64,000 nt of DNA from an uncultured Gammaproteobacteria bacterium (GTDB lineage Bacteria; Pseudomonadota; Gammaproteobacteria; UBA9214), in the NCBI GenBank assembly GCA_963748215.1, contig CAVVHS010000009.1, positions 32,001 to 96,000 of the forward strand, read 5' to 3'. Shown one piece after another: positions 9,244 through 18,979 of this stretch. Under the pieces are notes generated by a model, which worked only from the letters and a program-made list of their open reading frames with translations, did not search any database and was not told where the DNA came from. How positions within the stretch are numbered: the stretch's first letter is position 1; the number at the start of each line of letters is the position of its first letter. Both the position numbers and the translations under genes were made by a program.

Positions 9244-10713
9244 GTGTCTGAACGCCGGCAACTGATCGGGCTGCTGCTCGGGCCGGCGCTGCTGCTGGCG
9301 CTGCTGGCCATGCCGCTGCCGGAGGGCATGACACCGGCGGGCCTGCGGGTCGCCGCCGTGGCGGTGCTGATGGCGGTGTGGTGGCTGACCGAGGCCATTC
9401 CGATCCCGGCGACCGCGCTGCTGCCGGTCATGCTGTTTCCCGTGCTGGGCGTGATGAGCGGCGCCGATATCACGCGTGCCTACGGACATCACCTGATCTA
9501 CCTGTTCCTGGGCGGTTTCCTGATCGCGGTGACCATGGAAAAATGGAACCTGCATCACCGGATTGCCCTGCACACGATCCGCCTGGTCGGCACAACGCCG
9601 CAGCGTATCGTGCTCGGTTTCATGCTGGCCACGGCGTTCCTGTCGATGTGGATCAGCAATACCGCCACCACCATGATGATGGTCACGATCGCCGTCGCTG
9701 TCCTGCACGAGGTGGAAAGCCGGATCGAGCATGCGCCGGGCGAGCTGCGCTTCGGGACTGCGCTGATGCTGGGTATCGGCTATTCCGCCTCCATTGGCGG
9801 TGTCGCGACGCTGATCGGCACACCACCCAACGCCATTTTTGCGGGTGTGGTGGAGCGTACCTACGGCTACACCATCAGCTTCGTCGAGTGGATGGCGTTT
9901 GGCCTGCCGCTTTCGCTGGTCATGCTGGCCGTCACCTGGTTCTACCTGACCCGCGCGGTGTTCCGCAGCGAAACCGGGCCGTTACCGGGCGGTCGCGCCT
10001 TCATCCACGACCAGCTGGAACGGCTGGGTCCCATGTCGCGCCAGGAAAAGCAGGTGGCTGCGGTATTCCTTGCCGTTGCCGTGTTGTGGGTACTGCGCGG
10101 CATCTACCAGCCAGCTGCGCTGCAGCAGGTGGAGGATTCCACCATCGCCATCGCCGGGGCGCTGTTGCTGTTCATGATACCGGTCGACCTGAAACGGGGT
10201 GAGTTTCTGCTCGACTGGAAGACCGCGGTGACCATTCCCTGGGACATCATTATCCTGTTCGGTGGCGGCTTTGCGCTGGCGCAGGGTTTCATTGACTCGG
10301 GACTGACGACGTGGCTGGCGGACCGGCTGGTCGTGCTGCAGGGCATCGACCTGTGGCTGGTGATCGCGAGCGTGGCGCTGCTGGTTATCTTCCTGACCGA
10401 GGTGACCTCCAACACTGCTACCGCCTCGTTGCTGCTGCCCGTCATGGGGGCGCTGGCGGCGGCCATCGAGGTGCATCCCTTCGGGGTGATGGTGGCGGCG
10501 GTGGTGGCAGCCTCGTTCGCCTTCATGCTGCCGGTCGCCACGCCACCGAATGCCATCGTCTTCAGCAGTCGCTATGTGACGATCCTGCAGATGGCAAAGG
10601 CGGGTTTCTGGCTGAACCTGCTGGGCGTGATACTGATTACGGCGTTCGTCTATTTCGTGCTGCCGCGCGTCTGGGGCATCGAGCTGGATACCTGGTCAGG
10701 GGCTATACGTTGA
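9244..10713 (+). CDS. SLC13/DASS-family Na+-coupled anion (dicarboxylate/sulfate) symporter
   Basis: SMWISNTAT, IGTPPN, TEVTSNTA and PVATPPN motifs. Confidence 0.93.
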   Translation: MSERRQLIGLLLGPALLLALLAMPLPEGMTPAGLRVAAVAVLMAVWWLTEAIPIPATALLPVMLFPVLGVMSGADITRAYGHHLIYLFLGGFLIAVTMEKWNLHHRIALHTIRLVGTTPQRIVLGFMLATAFLSMWISNTATTMMMVTIAVAVLHEVESRIEHAPGELRFGTALMLGIGYSASIGGVATLIGTPPNAIFAGVVERTYGYTISFVEWMAFGLPLSLVMLAVTWFYLTRAVFRSETGPLPGGRAFIHDQLERLGPMSRQEKQVAAVFLAVAVLWVLRGIYQPAALQQVEDSTIAIAGALLLFMIPVDLKRGEFLLDWKTAVTIPWDIIILFGGGFALAQGFIDSGLTTWLADRLVVLQGIDLWLVIASVALLVIFLTEVTSNTATASLLLPVMGALAAAIEVHPFGVMVAAVVAASFAFMLPVATPPNAIVFSSRYVTILQMAKAGFWLNLLGVILITAFVYFVLPRVWGIELDTWSGAIR

Positions 10714-11128
10714 CCTTGGCCAGTACGTGTACGTGGAAGCAGATCTGCTCCAGGAATGCCTGGGTGTCGCGCGCACCGGCGGCGATGTTCATGCGCACCC
10801 GGCCGTCGGAGTGGTCCAGTTCCCCGGCCGCACCGAAAATCTGCCAGCCGGCAAAGCTGGCCACGCCGTCCGTGCGATTGCCGGCCAGGGCGGCGGAGGC
10901 CAGTATATTGATGACCTGTTCATCATTCTCGACGTCGTACTTCCGGCCGATGTCGAAACAGACGATCTCCAGCGACCAGCGCGGGTGGGGCAGGCCGCCG
11001 CAGAGCTCGACCTCGGCCATGCCACTGTGGATGAACAGGCGGTTGGCGCCACCGGGTCCGCTGACGTGAACTTCCATGTCCTGCATGTTTGTCAGGCGCT
11101 TGGGTGTGATGATGTTGGAATAGTCCAT
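10703..11128 (-). CDS. hypothetical protein
   Basis: 141-aa ATG ORF with GGAG RBS. Confidence 0.7.
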   Translation of the reverse strand: MDYSNIITPKRLTNMQDMEVHVSGPGGANRLFIHSGMAEVELCGGLPHPRWSLEIVCFDIGRKYDVENDEQVINILASAALAGNRTDGVASFAGWQIFGAAGELDHSDGRVRMNIAAGARDTQAFLEQICFHVHVLAKVNV

Positions 11129-11223
11129 GCCACTTCTCCGCTGATCGGATTGTCATTCTGGACTCTTATTGGACGATACTTGACTGAATAAGGCAAGTGC
11201 ACCGGCGGGCCGGTGCGGGCGGT

Positions 11224-11559
11224 TCAGGGCTCCGGCTTGCGCCCCGGCGGGTGCAGCGGGAAGGGCATGACCGTGCCGGCCGTGGTCGCACCCTCGATGA
11301 TCCTGTTGCTGCCCTCGCGCTCGACCTCGTCGATGCGTATCACGGACTGCAGCGGAATGTAGGTGCGCTTAACGCCCCGGAACTCGGACTTCAGCCGTTC
11401 CTCGGCAGGATCGACCACGACCGAGCTGCGCTCGCCGAAGATGATGCCCTCGACCTCGACGAAGGCATACATGCTGCCCTGCTCGACGTTGTGCGCGTGC
11501 AGTTCGTAGATGCTGCCCTGGTTGTAAAAGGAGATGCGGTAGATCTTCTGGTCTTTCAT
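11224..11559 (-). CDS. DUF1820-family protein
   Basis: IYRISFYNQGSIYE...VVDPAEERLKSEFRGVKRTYIP. Confidence 0.85.
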   Translation of the reverse strand: MKDQKIYRISFYNQGSIYELHAHNVEQGSMYAFVEVEGIIFGERSSVVVDPAEERLKSEFRGVKRTYIPLQSVIRIDEVEREGSNRIIEGATTAGTVMPFPLHPPGRKPEP

Positions 11560-11577
11560 CAGATGTCAGGCGACCTG

Positions 11578-11835
11578 TTATTTCCCGACCAGGTGATCGA
11601 GCTTGTCATCCATGTGCATCTCGGTCAGTTCCGTGAAGCCGCCGATGCAAACACCGTCGATGACAATCTGCGGCACACTGCGCGCACCGTTGGTGACGAC
11701 CGAGAATTCGCGCCGGGCCGACATATCCGAATCGATCATCGCCTCGTCATAGGAGATGTTCCACTTGGTCAGCAACTGCTTGGCCTTGTCGCAAAACGGG
11801 CAGCTGGCGGTACTGTAGATCTTGACTCGTGCCAT
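11578..11835 (-). CDS. grxC: glutaredoxin (GrxC-like)
   Basis: CPFC, SVPQI and IGGF motifs. Confidence 0.85.
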   Translation of the reverse strand: MARVKIYSTASCPFCDKAKQLLTKWNISYDEAMIDSDMSARREFSVVTNGARSVPQIVIDGVCIGGFTELTEMHMDDKLDHLVGK

Positions 11836-11922
11836 ATGTCAGGGTTCGAAGTGGTTCGTCAAACAGCCGGGATTATACAGGATTCGCGATATGCAGCAGG
11901 GCATCCCGGCGCGTGGCGGCGG

Positions 11923-12444
11923 TCAGCGCTCATCCAGGCTGCGCGCCCGGACCAGTTCGACCAGCCGTGCACTGTCGTTAGCGAGCCGCTGCCATTCAGT
12001 ATCGATTTCGAGTCGGGCCAGCGCCGCGGTGGGCATCAGCTTGCCGTCTTCCGGGCGCGGCACGCTATCACCCAGCAGGTCGGCCAGCAGGTCTTCGAGG
12101 CCCGGGTTGTGTCCGACCAGCATGGCCGTGTGTATGCCGGGCGGCAACTGCCTGAGCACGGCAAGCAGTGTCGGGCTGCTCGCCAGGTAGACACGGTCAT
12201 CCCGCGCGATCTGTTCCGGCGGGATGTCCAGCGCCTTACAGACCAGGGTTGCCGTGCGCAGGGTCCTGGCCGCCGGTGAGGCGATGATTATCCCGGGCCG
12301 CAGACCCTGTTCGGCCAGCCATTGCCCGATGCGCTTGCTGTTGCGCGTGCCGCGCCTGGCCAGCGGCCGTCTGAAATCGTCCGCCGCCCCGGCCTCCCAG
12401 TCGGACTTGCCATGTCGCAGCAGCAGCAGGGTGCGTGTCGTCAT
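11923..12444 (-). CDS. SixA-like histidine phosphatase
   Basis: LLRHGKS, RPLARRG, SPAART and VGHNP motifs. Confidence 0.9.
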   Translation of the reverse strand: MTTRTLLLLRHGKSDWEAGAADDFRRPLARRGTRNSKRIGQWLAEQGLRPGIIIASPAARTLRTATLVCKALDIPPEQIARDDRVYLASSPTLLAVLRQLPPGIHTAMLVGHNPGLEDLLADLLGDSVPRPEDGKLMPTAALARLEIDTEWQRLANDSARLVELVRARSLDER

Positions 12445-12509
12445 AGGCTCAACGGGCAGCGGGGTGGCGCGTGGGTGACGGGCAGCTACGACGGCACTGA
12501 CTGGAGGGT

Positions 12510-12790
12510 TCAGGTGTCGGCGAGCTTCTCGAGCAGGGTCGTTTGTGCACTGGTCGGATCATCATTGCCGGGTAGCAGTCGATGGTAGCTGCCGTCCGGC
12601 TGCAGCGTCCAGGCCTGGGTATTGTCGGCCAGTAGATGGCCACTCATTCAGTATGCGCGATCTGGGCTGCCCGTCAAGAATCGGGAAGGCGATCTCGATC
12701 CGCTGGAACAGGTAGCGTTCCATCAGGTTGGCGCTTGCGTAATAGAGCCGGACATCCCCCGCGTTTCCGATCGTCGTAATCCATGCACGA
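12510..12790 (-). pseudogene. ppk1: C-terminal remnant of polyphosphate kinase 1
   Basis: GNAGDVRLYYASANLMERYLFQRIEIAFPI, then a frameshift to LADNTQAWTLQPDGSYHR...SAQTTLLEKLADT*; the N-terminal majority is absent. Confidence 0.75.
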
Positions 12791-12867
12791 TGGAGCGAGG
12801 CGTGAATCATGAACAAGGCTACCGGCTGTCATGCTGGATGGCCACGGAAGCACACGGAAACACGGAT

Positions 12868-12915
12868 GTAGGGTGCGTTTTACGCACCAGGAACGGTGCA
12901 CGGAGTGCACCCTAC
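12868..12915. repeat. GTAG REP inverted doublet
   Basis: GTAGGGTGCGTTTTACGCACC-AGGAAC-GGTGCACGGAGTGCACCCTAC. Confidence 0.9.
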
Positions 12916-13101
12916 ATCCCTGTCGATCCGGCAGCTAGCCGAAATCCGAAGCCACCGGGTTTGGCCGATGGAGTATATGGCTGGCAGGATTGTGCGTCGG
13001 CGTGGGGGGCATGCTTGTCCCGGTACCGTCACAGCCTGCCGCCGAGCGCCAGTTTGTGACGGAATCCAGACAATAAACGTCGTAAATTTGACGTTTATTG
13101 T

Positions 13102-13326
13102 CTATTGCAGGGTGGCCAGCTTGTCGAACAGCTGTTTGCCAATCAGGTGCATCAATTCCTGCATGGTCAGGCTGCCAGGTACTTCTTTCACATTGGAAAA
13201 CCAGATGTTTTCGACCTGGCCGTTGTCTTCTGCCGTCTGTTCCGTGACCAGCGGGAGCCCAATGAAAATACCCTGTTTGCCATCATCCAGGCCTACTGTA
13301 ATCAATTGAAGTTCCAGTGTTTTCAT
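13102..13326 (-). CDS. hypothetical protein
   Basis: AAGGAG RBS before MKTLELQ...; 74 aa. Confidence 0.65.
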   Translation of the reverse strand: MKTLELQLITVGLDDGKQGIFIGLPLVTEQTAEDNGQVENIWFSNVKEVPGSLTMQELMHLIGKQLFDKLATLQ

Positions 13327-13428
13327 GTCGAGATCTCCTTGTGATCCTGCAACCGCCGGCAGGCCGGGTTTTTCAGGGGATACGACATTAACCATGCATT
13401 TCACATGCCATTAGGCCGGTGGTGCCGT

Positions 13429-15129
13429 TCAGTCCGCGCCATTGCCGGAGAACAGCCGCCATATGGCGCCGCTGGGGCGGTCGCGGCCGGTACAGATGAA
13501 ATTGAGCGCATGATCGTTATTTGCGGTCCAGAGCATATGGGTTTCAGCGTGACGACGCCCGCAGAACAGCAGCTCGTCACCGGGGTGCAGAGGGGTGTCT
13601 TCCTCCGGCAACAACAGTTCGCTCTGGTCGGCGCGCTTCAGGTACAGCGGCACACAGGGCAGTCGCTGGGCGACTTCGCGCGGGTCCGTGACGAGATGGC
13701 ACAAGGTGACCTTCAGGTCCTTGCTGATGGCTTCCTGCAATGCGGGCGTGTCCTGGTCCGAGATCTTCAGTGTCCAGGTTTCCGGTGCCTGGTCGGTCAG
13801 GATGCCGGCCACGCGACTCACCAGTACGTTTGCCCATTGCTCGTTCTGTGTCCTGGCCAGGCGCAGAAAACTGGTCAGCAGGGGGTTGGTGATCAGGTCG
13901 AGGATGCGGCGGCCGATAATTGCGCCGGACTTCATGATCAGATCGATGTTTGCAGCAGCGAAAATTCCGTCATTGTTGCTCAGGTTCTGGCGCGCCACGG
14001 TGAACAGGTTTTTGTTCATATCGCGCGCGGTCATGATGATGGACAGGTTGTTGGCATCGTCATCGGTGCCGGCAATCACGCCCTCGGCATGCTCGATGCC
14101 GGCCTCGTACAGGGTGATGGCCTCGGTGCCGCGACCCTCGATGGTGCCTTCCGGCGCCGCAGTGGTCTTGACATCCAGCTCGACGATGACAGTACGTATG
14201 CCCTTGAAGGACAGGCTTTTCTGCACGGCCTTGCCGAAGCGGCCAAAGCCGCACACGACCCAGGTTCCGCGCGGTGGTGCGACGAACTCGCGCAGCGGTG
14301 CCTCCTGTATGCTGGTCATCCATTCATAGACCAGGAACATGCTGGGTGACTGGAACATCATGGCAAAGCGCTCGGCAAAGGCATCGAACGGATTGATGAT
14401 GTAATCGGTGCCGAACGAAGCCATGTTGGCCTGTTCGTCATGGGTATCGGCGCGGCAGATGACCTGCTGCTCCGGGGCGAGCAGCTTGCTGCTGATGGCC
14501 ACGGTCAGGTTGACGTGATCGTTGCCGGTCAGAGCGATGACCCCGGCACATTCCGGCTTGTCCAGCCCGGCCGCCAGCAGCGACGAGGAGTCGGCCACGT
14601 CGGCACACAACGCCGGGATATCAACCGGGTAATTCTCCAGACCCAGGGACTGCACGCGGTCTTCGTCGCGATCGATGACCACGCTGAGGATGTGATCCGC
14701 GGCCAGTTCGCGCACCACCAGCTGTCCGGCATCACCCATGCCGCAGACCAGGTAAAAGGACTCCTTGATCTTTTTCACTGAACGGGTAAAGGTGGCATAG
14801 GCCAGCACGCGTTTAAAGGCCGGGTCCTGCAACACCGCGAACAGCGAGCCGATCGCATACAGCCAGGAGATGACGGTCAGGTACATGGCGAGGCTGGTCC
14901 ACAGCCGTTGCGAGTCGGTGAACGGGTACGGAACCTCGCCGAAGCCGATGGTGGTACCCATGTAGCTGACGAAATAGAAGGCATGAAACAGGGTCATGCG
15001 CCAGGGATTGCCCTGGTCGTCGACGCCGGGTATCAGCACCAGACCTGTGATCGAGATGGTATAGGCCAGGATCACCACGATCAGCGGCAGCCGCATGCGA
15101 CGCAGCATCAGGTAGATGATGTTCTGCAT
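13429..15129 (-). CDS. potassium channel protein with two RCK/TrkA-N domains
   Basis: Pore motif TTIGFGE; CGMGDAG and CGFGRFG Rossmann motifs. Confidence 0.9.
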   Translation of the reverse strand: MQNIIYLMLRRMRLPLIVVILAYTISITGLVLIPGVDDQGNPWRMTLFHAFYFVSYMGTTIGFGEVPYPFTDSQRLWTSLAMYLTVISWLYAIGSLFAVLQDPAFKRVLAYATFTRSVKKIKESFYLVCGMGDAGQLVVRELAADHILSVVIDRDEDRVQSLGLENYPVDIPALCADVADSSSLLAAGLDKPECAGVIALTGNDHVNLTVAISSKLLAPEQQVICRADTHDEQANMASFGTDYIINPFDAFAERFAMMFQSPSMFLVYEWMTSIQEAPLREFVAPPRGTWVVCGFGRFGKAVQKSLSFKGIRTVIVELDVKTTAAPEGTIEGRGTEAITLYEAGIEHAEGVIAGTDDDANNLSIIMTARDMNKNLFTVARQNLSNNDGIFAAANIDLIMKSGAIIGRRILDLITNPLLTSFLRLARTQNEQWANVLVSRVAGILTDQAPETWTLKISDQDTPALQEAISKDLKVTLCHLVTDPREVAQRLPCVPLYLKRADQSELLLPEEDTPLHPGDELLFCGRRHAETHMLWTANNDHALNFICTGRDRPSGAIWRLFSGNGAD

Positions 15130-15131
15130 GG

Positions 15132-15515
15132 CTAGCGGCGGAACATGACCGTTTCGGTGACGAGGATGACGACCGAGGTGATATTGGCAAGCAGCGCGCC
15201 GCCCGACAGCGAGACGATACTGGACATGACCATGGGCGTCAGGCCGGCGCCGGTGCCATGTTCCGAGATGGTCCAGACGATGGTGGCGGCAATCAGTTGC
15301 AGGTCGGCGACCAGGCTGGTGGCCAGCAGCACGGCACCGATGTGGGCGCGATCGCCGAATTTCATGATGGTGGCGATCAGGCTGACGACCAGCGCCGCGT
15401 ACAGTTCGTAGACGTTGTGGTGGTTCGGGTCATCGAGGTCGCCAATGAAGAAACCGAAATTCAGTGTCAGTGACAGGACAATGAAGAATGCGAATACGAC
15501 TTTCTCCAGATTCAT
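15132..15515 (-). CDS. DUF6394-like membrane protein
   Basis: MNLEKVVFAFFIVLSLTLNFGFF; four TM segments; directly upstream of the K+ channel gene. Confidence 0.75.
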   Translation of the reverse strand: MNLEKVVFAFFIVLSLTLNFGFFIGDLDDPNHHNVYELYAALVVSLIATIMKFGDRAHIGAVLLATSLVADLQLIAATIVWTISEHGTGAGLTPMVMSSIVSLSGGALLANITSVVILVTETVMFRR

Positions 15516-15669
15516 GGACGACTCCTCGGTAGTTGTTCTGGGTAGGGTTGCGGGATTGCCTGCCCGGTCGGCGCGTCTGGTCAGGATAGCAAATCGTCCC
15601 GGCCTGATGTTACATCGGCGATGTGCCCGGCAGATTGAAAATTAACGGTCCGCGTTCGACAATGGGACG

Positions 15670-16623
15670 ATGGTGACCGGCGATATCGAAGAGGCGTTGC
15701 TGCGCCTCCTGCGGGCGCGGGTGGGCAAGACCCACCTGCGCCAGCGGCTGGGCCTGGAGAGAACCCACCTGCGCAGGGTGTTCGGGCAGGGCAGGACCTT
15801 TTTCCACATCGAGAACCTGTACATCCTGCGCTCGTTCATTCGCAATTCCCTGCGCGTGTCGCTGCTGCATGGCCGGGCCCGGCGCAATGCGCGCCGCATC
15901 GAACTGCGGCATAACGACATCGGCATACCCGGCTTGCCCGGGGCGTTCGAGAATTACACCATCCTGCAGCTTTCTGACCTGCACCTGGACGTCGCGCCGG
16001 ACATGCCGCACGTGCTTTGCGAGGCGGTACACCAGCTGGAATATGACCTCTGCGTGCTGACCGGTGACTACCGGGCGGAAACCTGGGGCCCCTATGATGA
16101 CGCGCTGGCCGGGTTGCGGCAGGTCAGGGCGCAGCTGGGCGGTACGGTGTACGGCATCCTCGGCAACCACGATTCCATCTGCATGCTGCCGGCGATGGAG
16201 GACATGGGTATCCGCGTCCTGCTGAATGAGCAGGTCACCATCGAACGCGATGGCGAGTGCCTGTACCTGTCCGGTATCGATGATCCGCACTTCTATCGTG
16301 CCGACAACCTGGAAAAGGCGGCCGACGACATACCGGACGGCGCCGTTTCGATCCTGCTGGCACATTCGCCGGAGATCTATCGCCATGCGGCACACGCGGA
16401 CTTCAACGTGATGCTCTGTGGCCACACCCATGGCGGCCAGATCTGCCTGCCCGGCGGCATACCCGTCATGTCCAATGCAGGCTGCCCGCGCAGCTATTGC
16501 GCCGGCGCCTGGCAGTATCAGGGCATGACAGGCTATACCTCGGCCGGGTCCGGTGTGTGCGTGGTGGATGTCCGCCTGAACTGCCCACCCGAGATCACCC
16601 TGCATCACCTGCATCGCGCCTGA
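15670..16623 (+). CDS. metallophosphoesterase
   Basis: DLH, GD, GNHD and GHTHGGQ motifs. Confidence 0.92.
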   Translation: MVTGDIEEALLRLLRARVGKTHLRQRLGLERTHLRRVFGQGRTFFHIENLYILRSFIRNSLRVSLLHGRARRNARRIELRHNDIGIPGLPGAFENYTILQLSDLHLDVAPDMPHVLCEAVHQLEYDLCVLTGDYRAETWGPYDDALAGLRQVRAQLGGTVYGILGNHDSICMLPAMEDMGIRVLLNEQVTIERDGECLYLSGIDDPHFYRADNLEKAADDIPDGAVSILLAHSPEIYRHAAHADFNVMLCGHTHGGQICLPGGIPVMSNAGCPRSYCAGAWQYQGMTGYTSAGSGVCVVDVRLNCPPEITLHHLHRA

Positions 16624-17087
16624 CCGGGGTCGATGAGGCTGGACAACATCAGGTCCAGGATGAAAAACGCCGTCGCCGCCACCACGATCTCCACAACGCC
16701 CGCCCCGGTCAGCGGCTGCAGTACCAGCAAGGGCAGCAGTGACTCGGGCAGCTGGTCCAGTCCCGGGCTGGCGCAACTGGACGAAAAGCCCAGCCGGCGC
16801 TTGACGAAACTGGAGCCGCAATCGCCGAGCATGGCCAGGCCACTGAACAGCGCACCGTATTGCCAGCTGAATCCGAGTACGGTGGCGGCGAGGCCGGTTG
16901 CCAGCAGGGAAGCGAGCACGCCGCGCATGGTCTTGGCGTCCCCAAGCAGGCGCCGCCCGTCCCTGCAGACATGGCCGCCGTCCAGCGGTGCCCTCCAGCG
17001 GTCGCGCAACAGCAGACCTGCCAGTACCGGGGTGCCATTGGCGATCAGCAGCAACAGTAAGAGTTCGATGGCCAGCTGTGTGTTCAT
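16605..17087 (-). CDS. CDP-archaeol synthase (CarS/DUF46)-like membrane protein
   Basis: ANGTPV, PLDGG, DGRRLLGDAKTMRG, GDCGSSFVKRRLG and LDQL motifs. Confidence 0.8.
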   Translation of the reverse strand: MNTQLAIELLLLLLIANGTPVLAGLLLRDRWRAPLDGGHVCRDGRRLLGDAKTMRGVLASLLATGLAATVLGFSWQYGALFSGLAMLGDCGSSFVKRRLGFSSSCASPGLDQLPESLLPLLVLQPLTGAGVVEIVVAATAFFILDLMLSSLIDPGQARCR

Positions 17088-17179
17088 GCCGCAAGGGATG
17101 CTTTGATCTGGGTGGTATTCGAAGGGTAACGGGACAAGGCGGATCATGCGACCCGTCAGGCGCTAAAAAACCGGCGCGG

Positions 17180-17209
17180 AAAAAAAGAAACCCGCCACGA
17201 GGGCGGGTT
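17180..17209 (-). terminator. intrinsic terminator
   Basis: AACCCGCC/GGCGGGTT stem followed by a T-run on the minus strand. Confidence 0.65.
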
Positions 17210-17230
17210 GTAATGGAGGTTGGTGTCGGG

Positions 17231-17425
17231 CTAACACTCAAATATCAAATGCTGCATATCAACTAGGTATTGTCGCTGCTGTTCGACCCAAGAAAGGGAG
17301 TCGGGATCATCAGCGGCAGCACGTTGCACTTCATCGATCCGGCGCGCCGCCTCTTCGAGGCGTAGTGCCTGTTCCATCCTGTCCAGGCGTGATAACTCGT
17401 CGACATCGAAGGTAATGTTTTTCAA
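17231..17425 (-). CDS. small hypothetical protein
   Basis: AGGAG RBS, TTG start (alternative ATG at 17506), downstream terminator. Confidence 0.55.
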   Translation of the reverse strand: MKNITFDVDELSRLDRMEQALRLEEAARRIDEVQRAAADDPDSLSWVEQQRQYLVDMQHLIFEC

Positions 17426-17797
17426 GGTATCGCTCCTGCAACATGACCTGATCAATGAATGAATATGATTACGCCCGCTGGGCCGAAGACTGTCAACCAC
17501 AATCATTTGGCGTTAATTTGGGCATTGCCGAGGGGCCGAATGTAGGGGTCTGATAATGCTTGTATATCGGAATCGGGTAATGTTGGTATATTCAGAACCT
17601 AGCTGAAAATATTTTCCCCTCCCCGTCATTCATTGCGCAACACATTGTTAAATATAGTAATAATATTTTTCTATCGGGAGTGGAGTCGCGCTCGACAGCG
17701 GGTTATGGGAAGTGTTTTCCAGCTTAGTGCGATAAGCTCATGTTAACGATGACGAAAAAAATCCTGCTCATAAAAAGGGATATTTTAATATTCAGTC

Positions 17798-17825
17798 TTG
17801 CTTATTAAGCAAACTCTTATATACT
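17798..17825 (+). promoter_or_regulatory. candidate sigma-70 promoter overlapped by palindrome TTGCTTA-T-TAAGCAA
   Basis: TTGCTT-N16-TATACT. Confidence 0.45.
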
Positions 17826-17926
17826 GTTGCCGTGCCCGCTCAGGCGAGCCTGGCAAGCATGCCGGGTGGCGGTGACAGCCGCCGGGTGCGGGCGGTTCCC
17901 GATGTGACGAATGTGCCCGAGACAGG

Positions 17927-18760
17927 ATGAAACTTATGAAGCGATTGTTACTGGGTGTGCTATTCCCCCTGCTGGCCATGACGGCCCTGAGTGCGCGTGC
18001 CGAGGTGGTCGTGCTGGTGCACGGTTACCTGAGCGGTGCGGGCTACTGGGACGAGAGCGGGGTGACCACGGTGATGCAGCAGAACGGCTGGAAACGCGCC
18101 GGCGTCTACATCGCCGGACCGGGTGGTATGGGGTTTGTTCCCGCCCCTGGCATGCAGGCCGCGAACAAATTCTACGCCGTCGATCTGCCGTCCGAGGCGC
18201 CGGTGCTGGTGCAGGTTTACCAGCTGCACGAGATCCTGACTGCCATCGCGCAACGGCATGGACAGGAACCTGTCGTGCTGGTCGGCCATTCGGCCGGTGG
18301 TGTGGTTGCCCGCACCGCGCTGGTGCGTGGCGATAGCCATAACGTCAAGGCGCTGATCACCATCGCCAGCCCGCATCTCGGTACCTGGCGCGCCGAACAG
18401 GCGCTGGATGCGACCGACATCCCGTTCCCGTTTTCGCTGGTGACGGATTTCTTCGGTGGCGACCTCTACGACACGGCCATGCGCTCGCGCAGCCTGTACG
18501 TCGACCTGGTGCGTCCCTACCCGGGCAGCCTGCTGTTCTGGCTGAACAGCCAGCCGCACCCGGACATCAAGTATGTCTCGATTGTGCGGGCCGAGACCGA
18601 GGCGGGCTGGGGCGACTACGTGGTTCCGTCCTACAGTCAGGATATGAACAATGTGCCGGCCCTGCACGGCCGTTCCTCGCTGCTCACCATCCCGGCCAAC
18701 CACGGCCTGGCGCCGCAGGACGGTACACTCATCGTCAAGTTGCTGGCCGATCTCGGCTAG
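17927..18760 (+). CDS. exported lipase/esterase (alpha/beta hydrolase)
   Basis: Signal peptide, VHGY, GHSAGG and ITIASPHLG motifs. Confidence 0.88.
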   Translation: MKLMKRLLLGVLFPLLAMTALSARAEVVVLVHGYLSGAGYWDESGVTTVMQQNGWKRAGVYIAGPGGMGFVPAPGMQAANKFYAVDLPSEAPVLVQVYQLHEILTAIAQRHGQEPVVLVGHSAGGVVARTALVRGDSHNVKALITIASPHLGTWRAEQALDATDIPFPFSLVTDFFGGDLYDTAMRSRSLYVDLVRPYPGSLLFWLNSQPHPDIKYVSIVRAETEAGWGDYVVPSYSQDMNNVPALHGRSSLLTIPANHGLAPQDGTLIVKLLADLG

Positions 18761-18917
18761 CCCGGGCGCGCCCTTTCCCCGGCCGTCCACCGGCCAGTTC
18801 TGACAAGTATCTGAATTTATTCGGCACGGCTGTCTCGTCCCCGGGCGGGGCAGCCGTTGCTGTTGCCACACTCGCCGGCATGGCCATTCCGACATCGGCC
18901 GGGTTCACCTAAGCCGT

Positions 18918-18944
18918 TCAAGTTGTGGAATTTTCCGCCGCTAC
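18918..18944 (+). promoter_or_regulatory. candidate sigma-28 promoter of the kinase-gspE-gspF operon
   Basis: TCAAG-N14-GCCGCTAC. Confidence 0.6.
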
Positions 18945-18979
18945 AGGGCAGTGCAACAGATTCCTCGTCGGAGATAAGC

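Noticed and set aside
15610-17241. 543-aa minus-strand ORF, and similar long antisense ORFs at 45919-47316 and 59399-60700
   Set aside because: Shadow ORFs of well-supported genes in high-GC DNA
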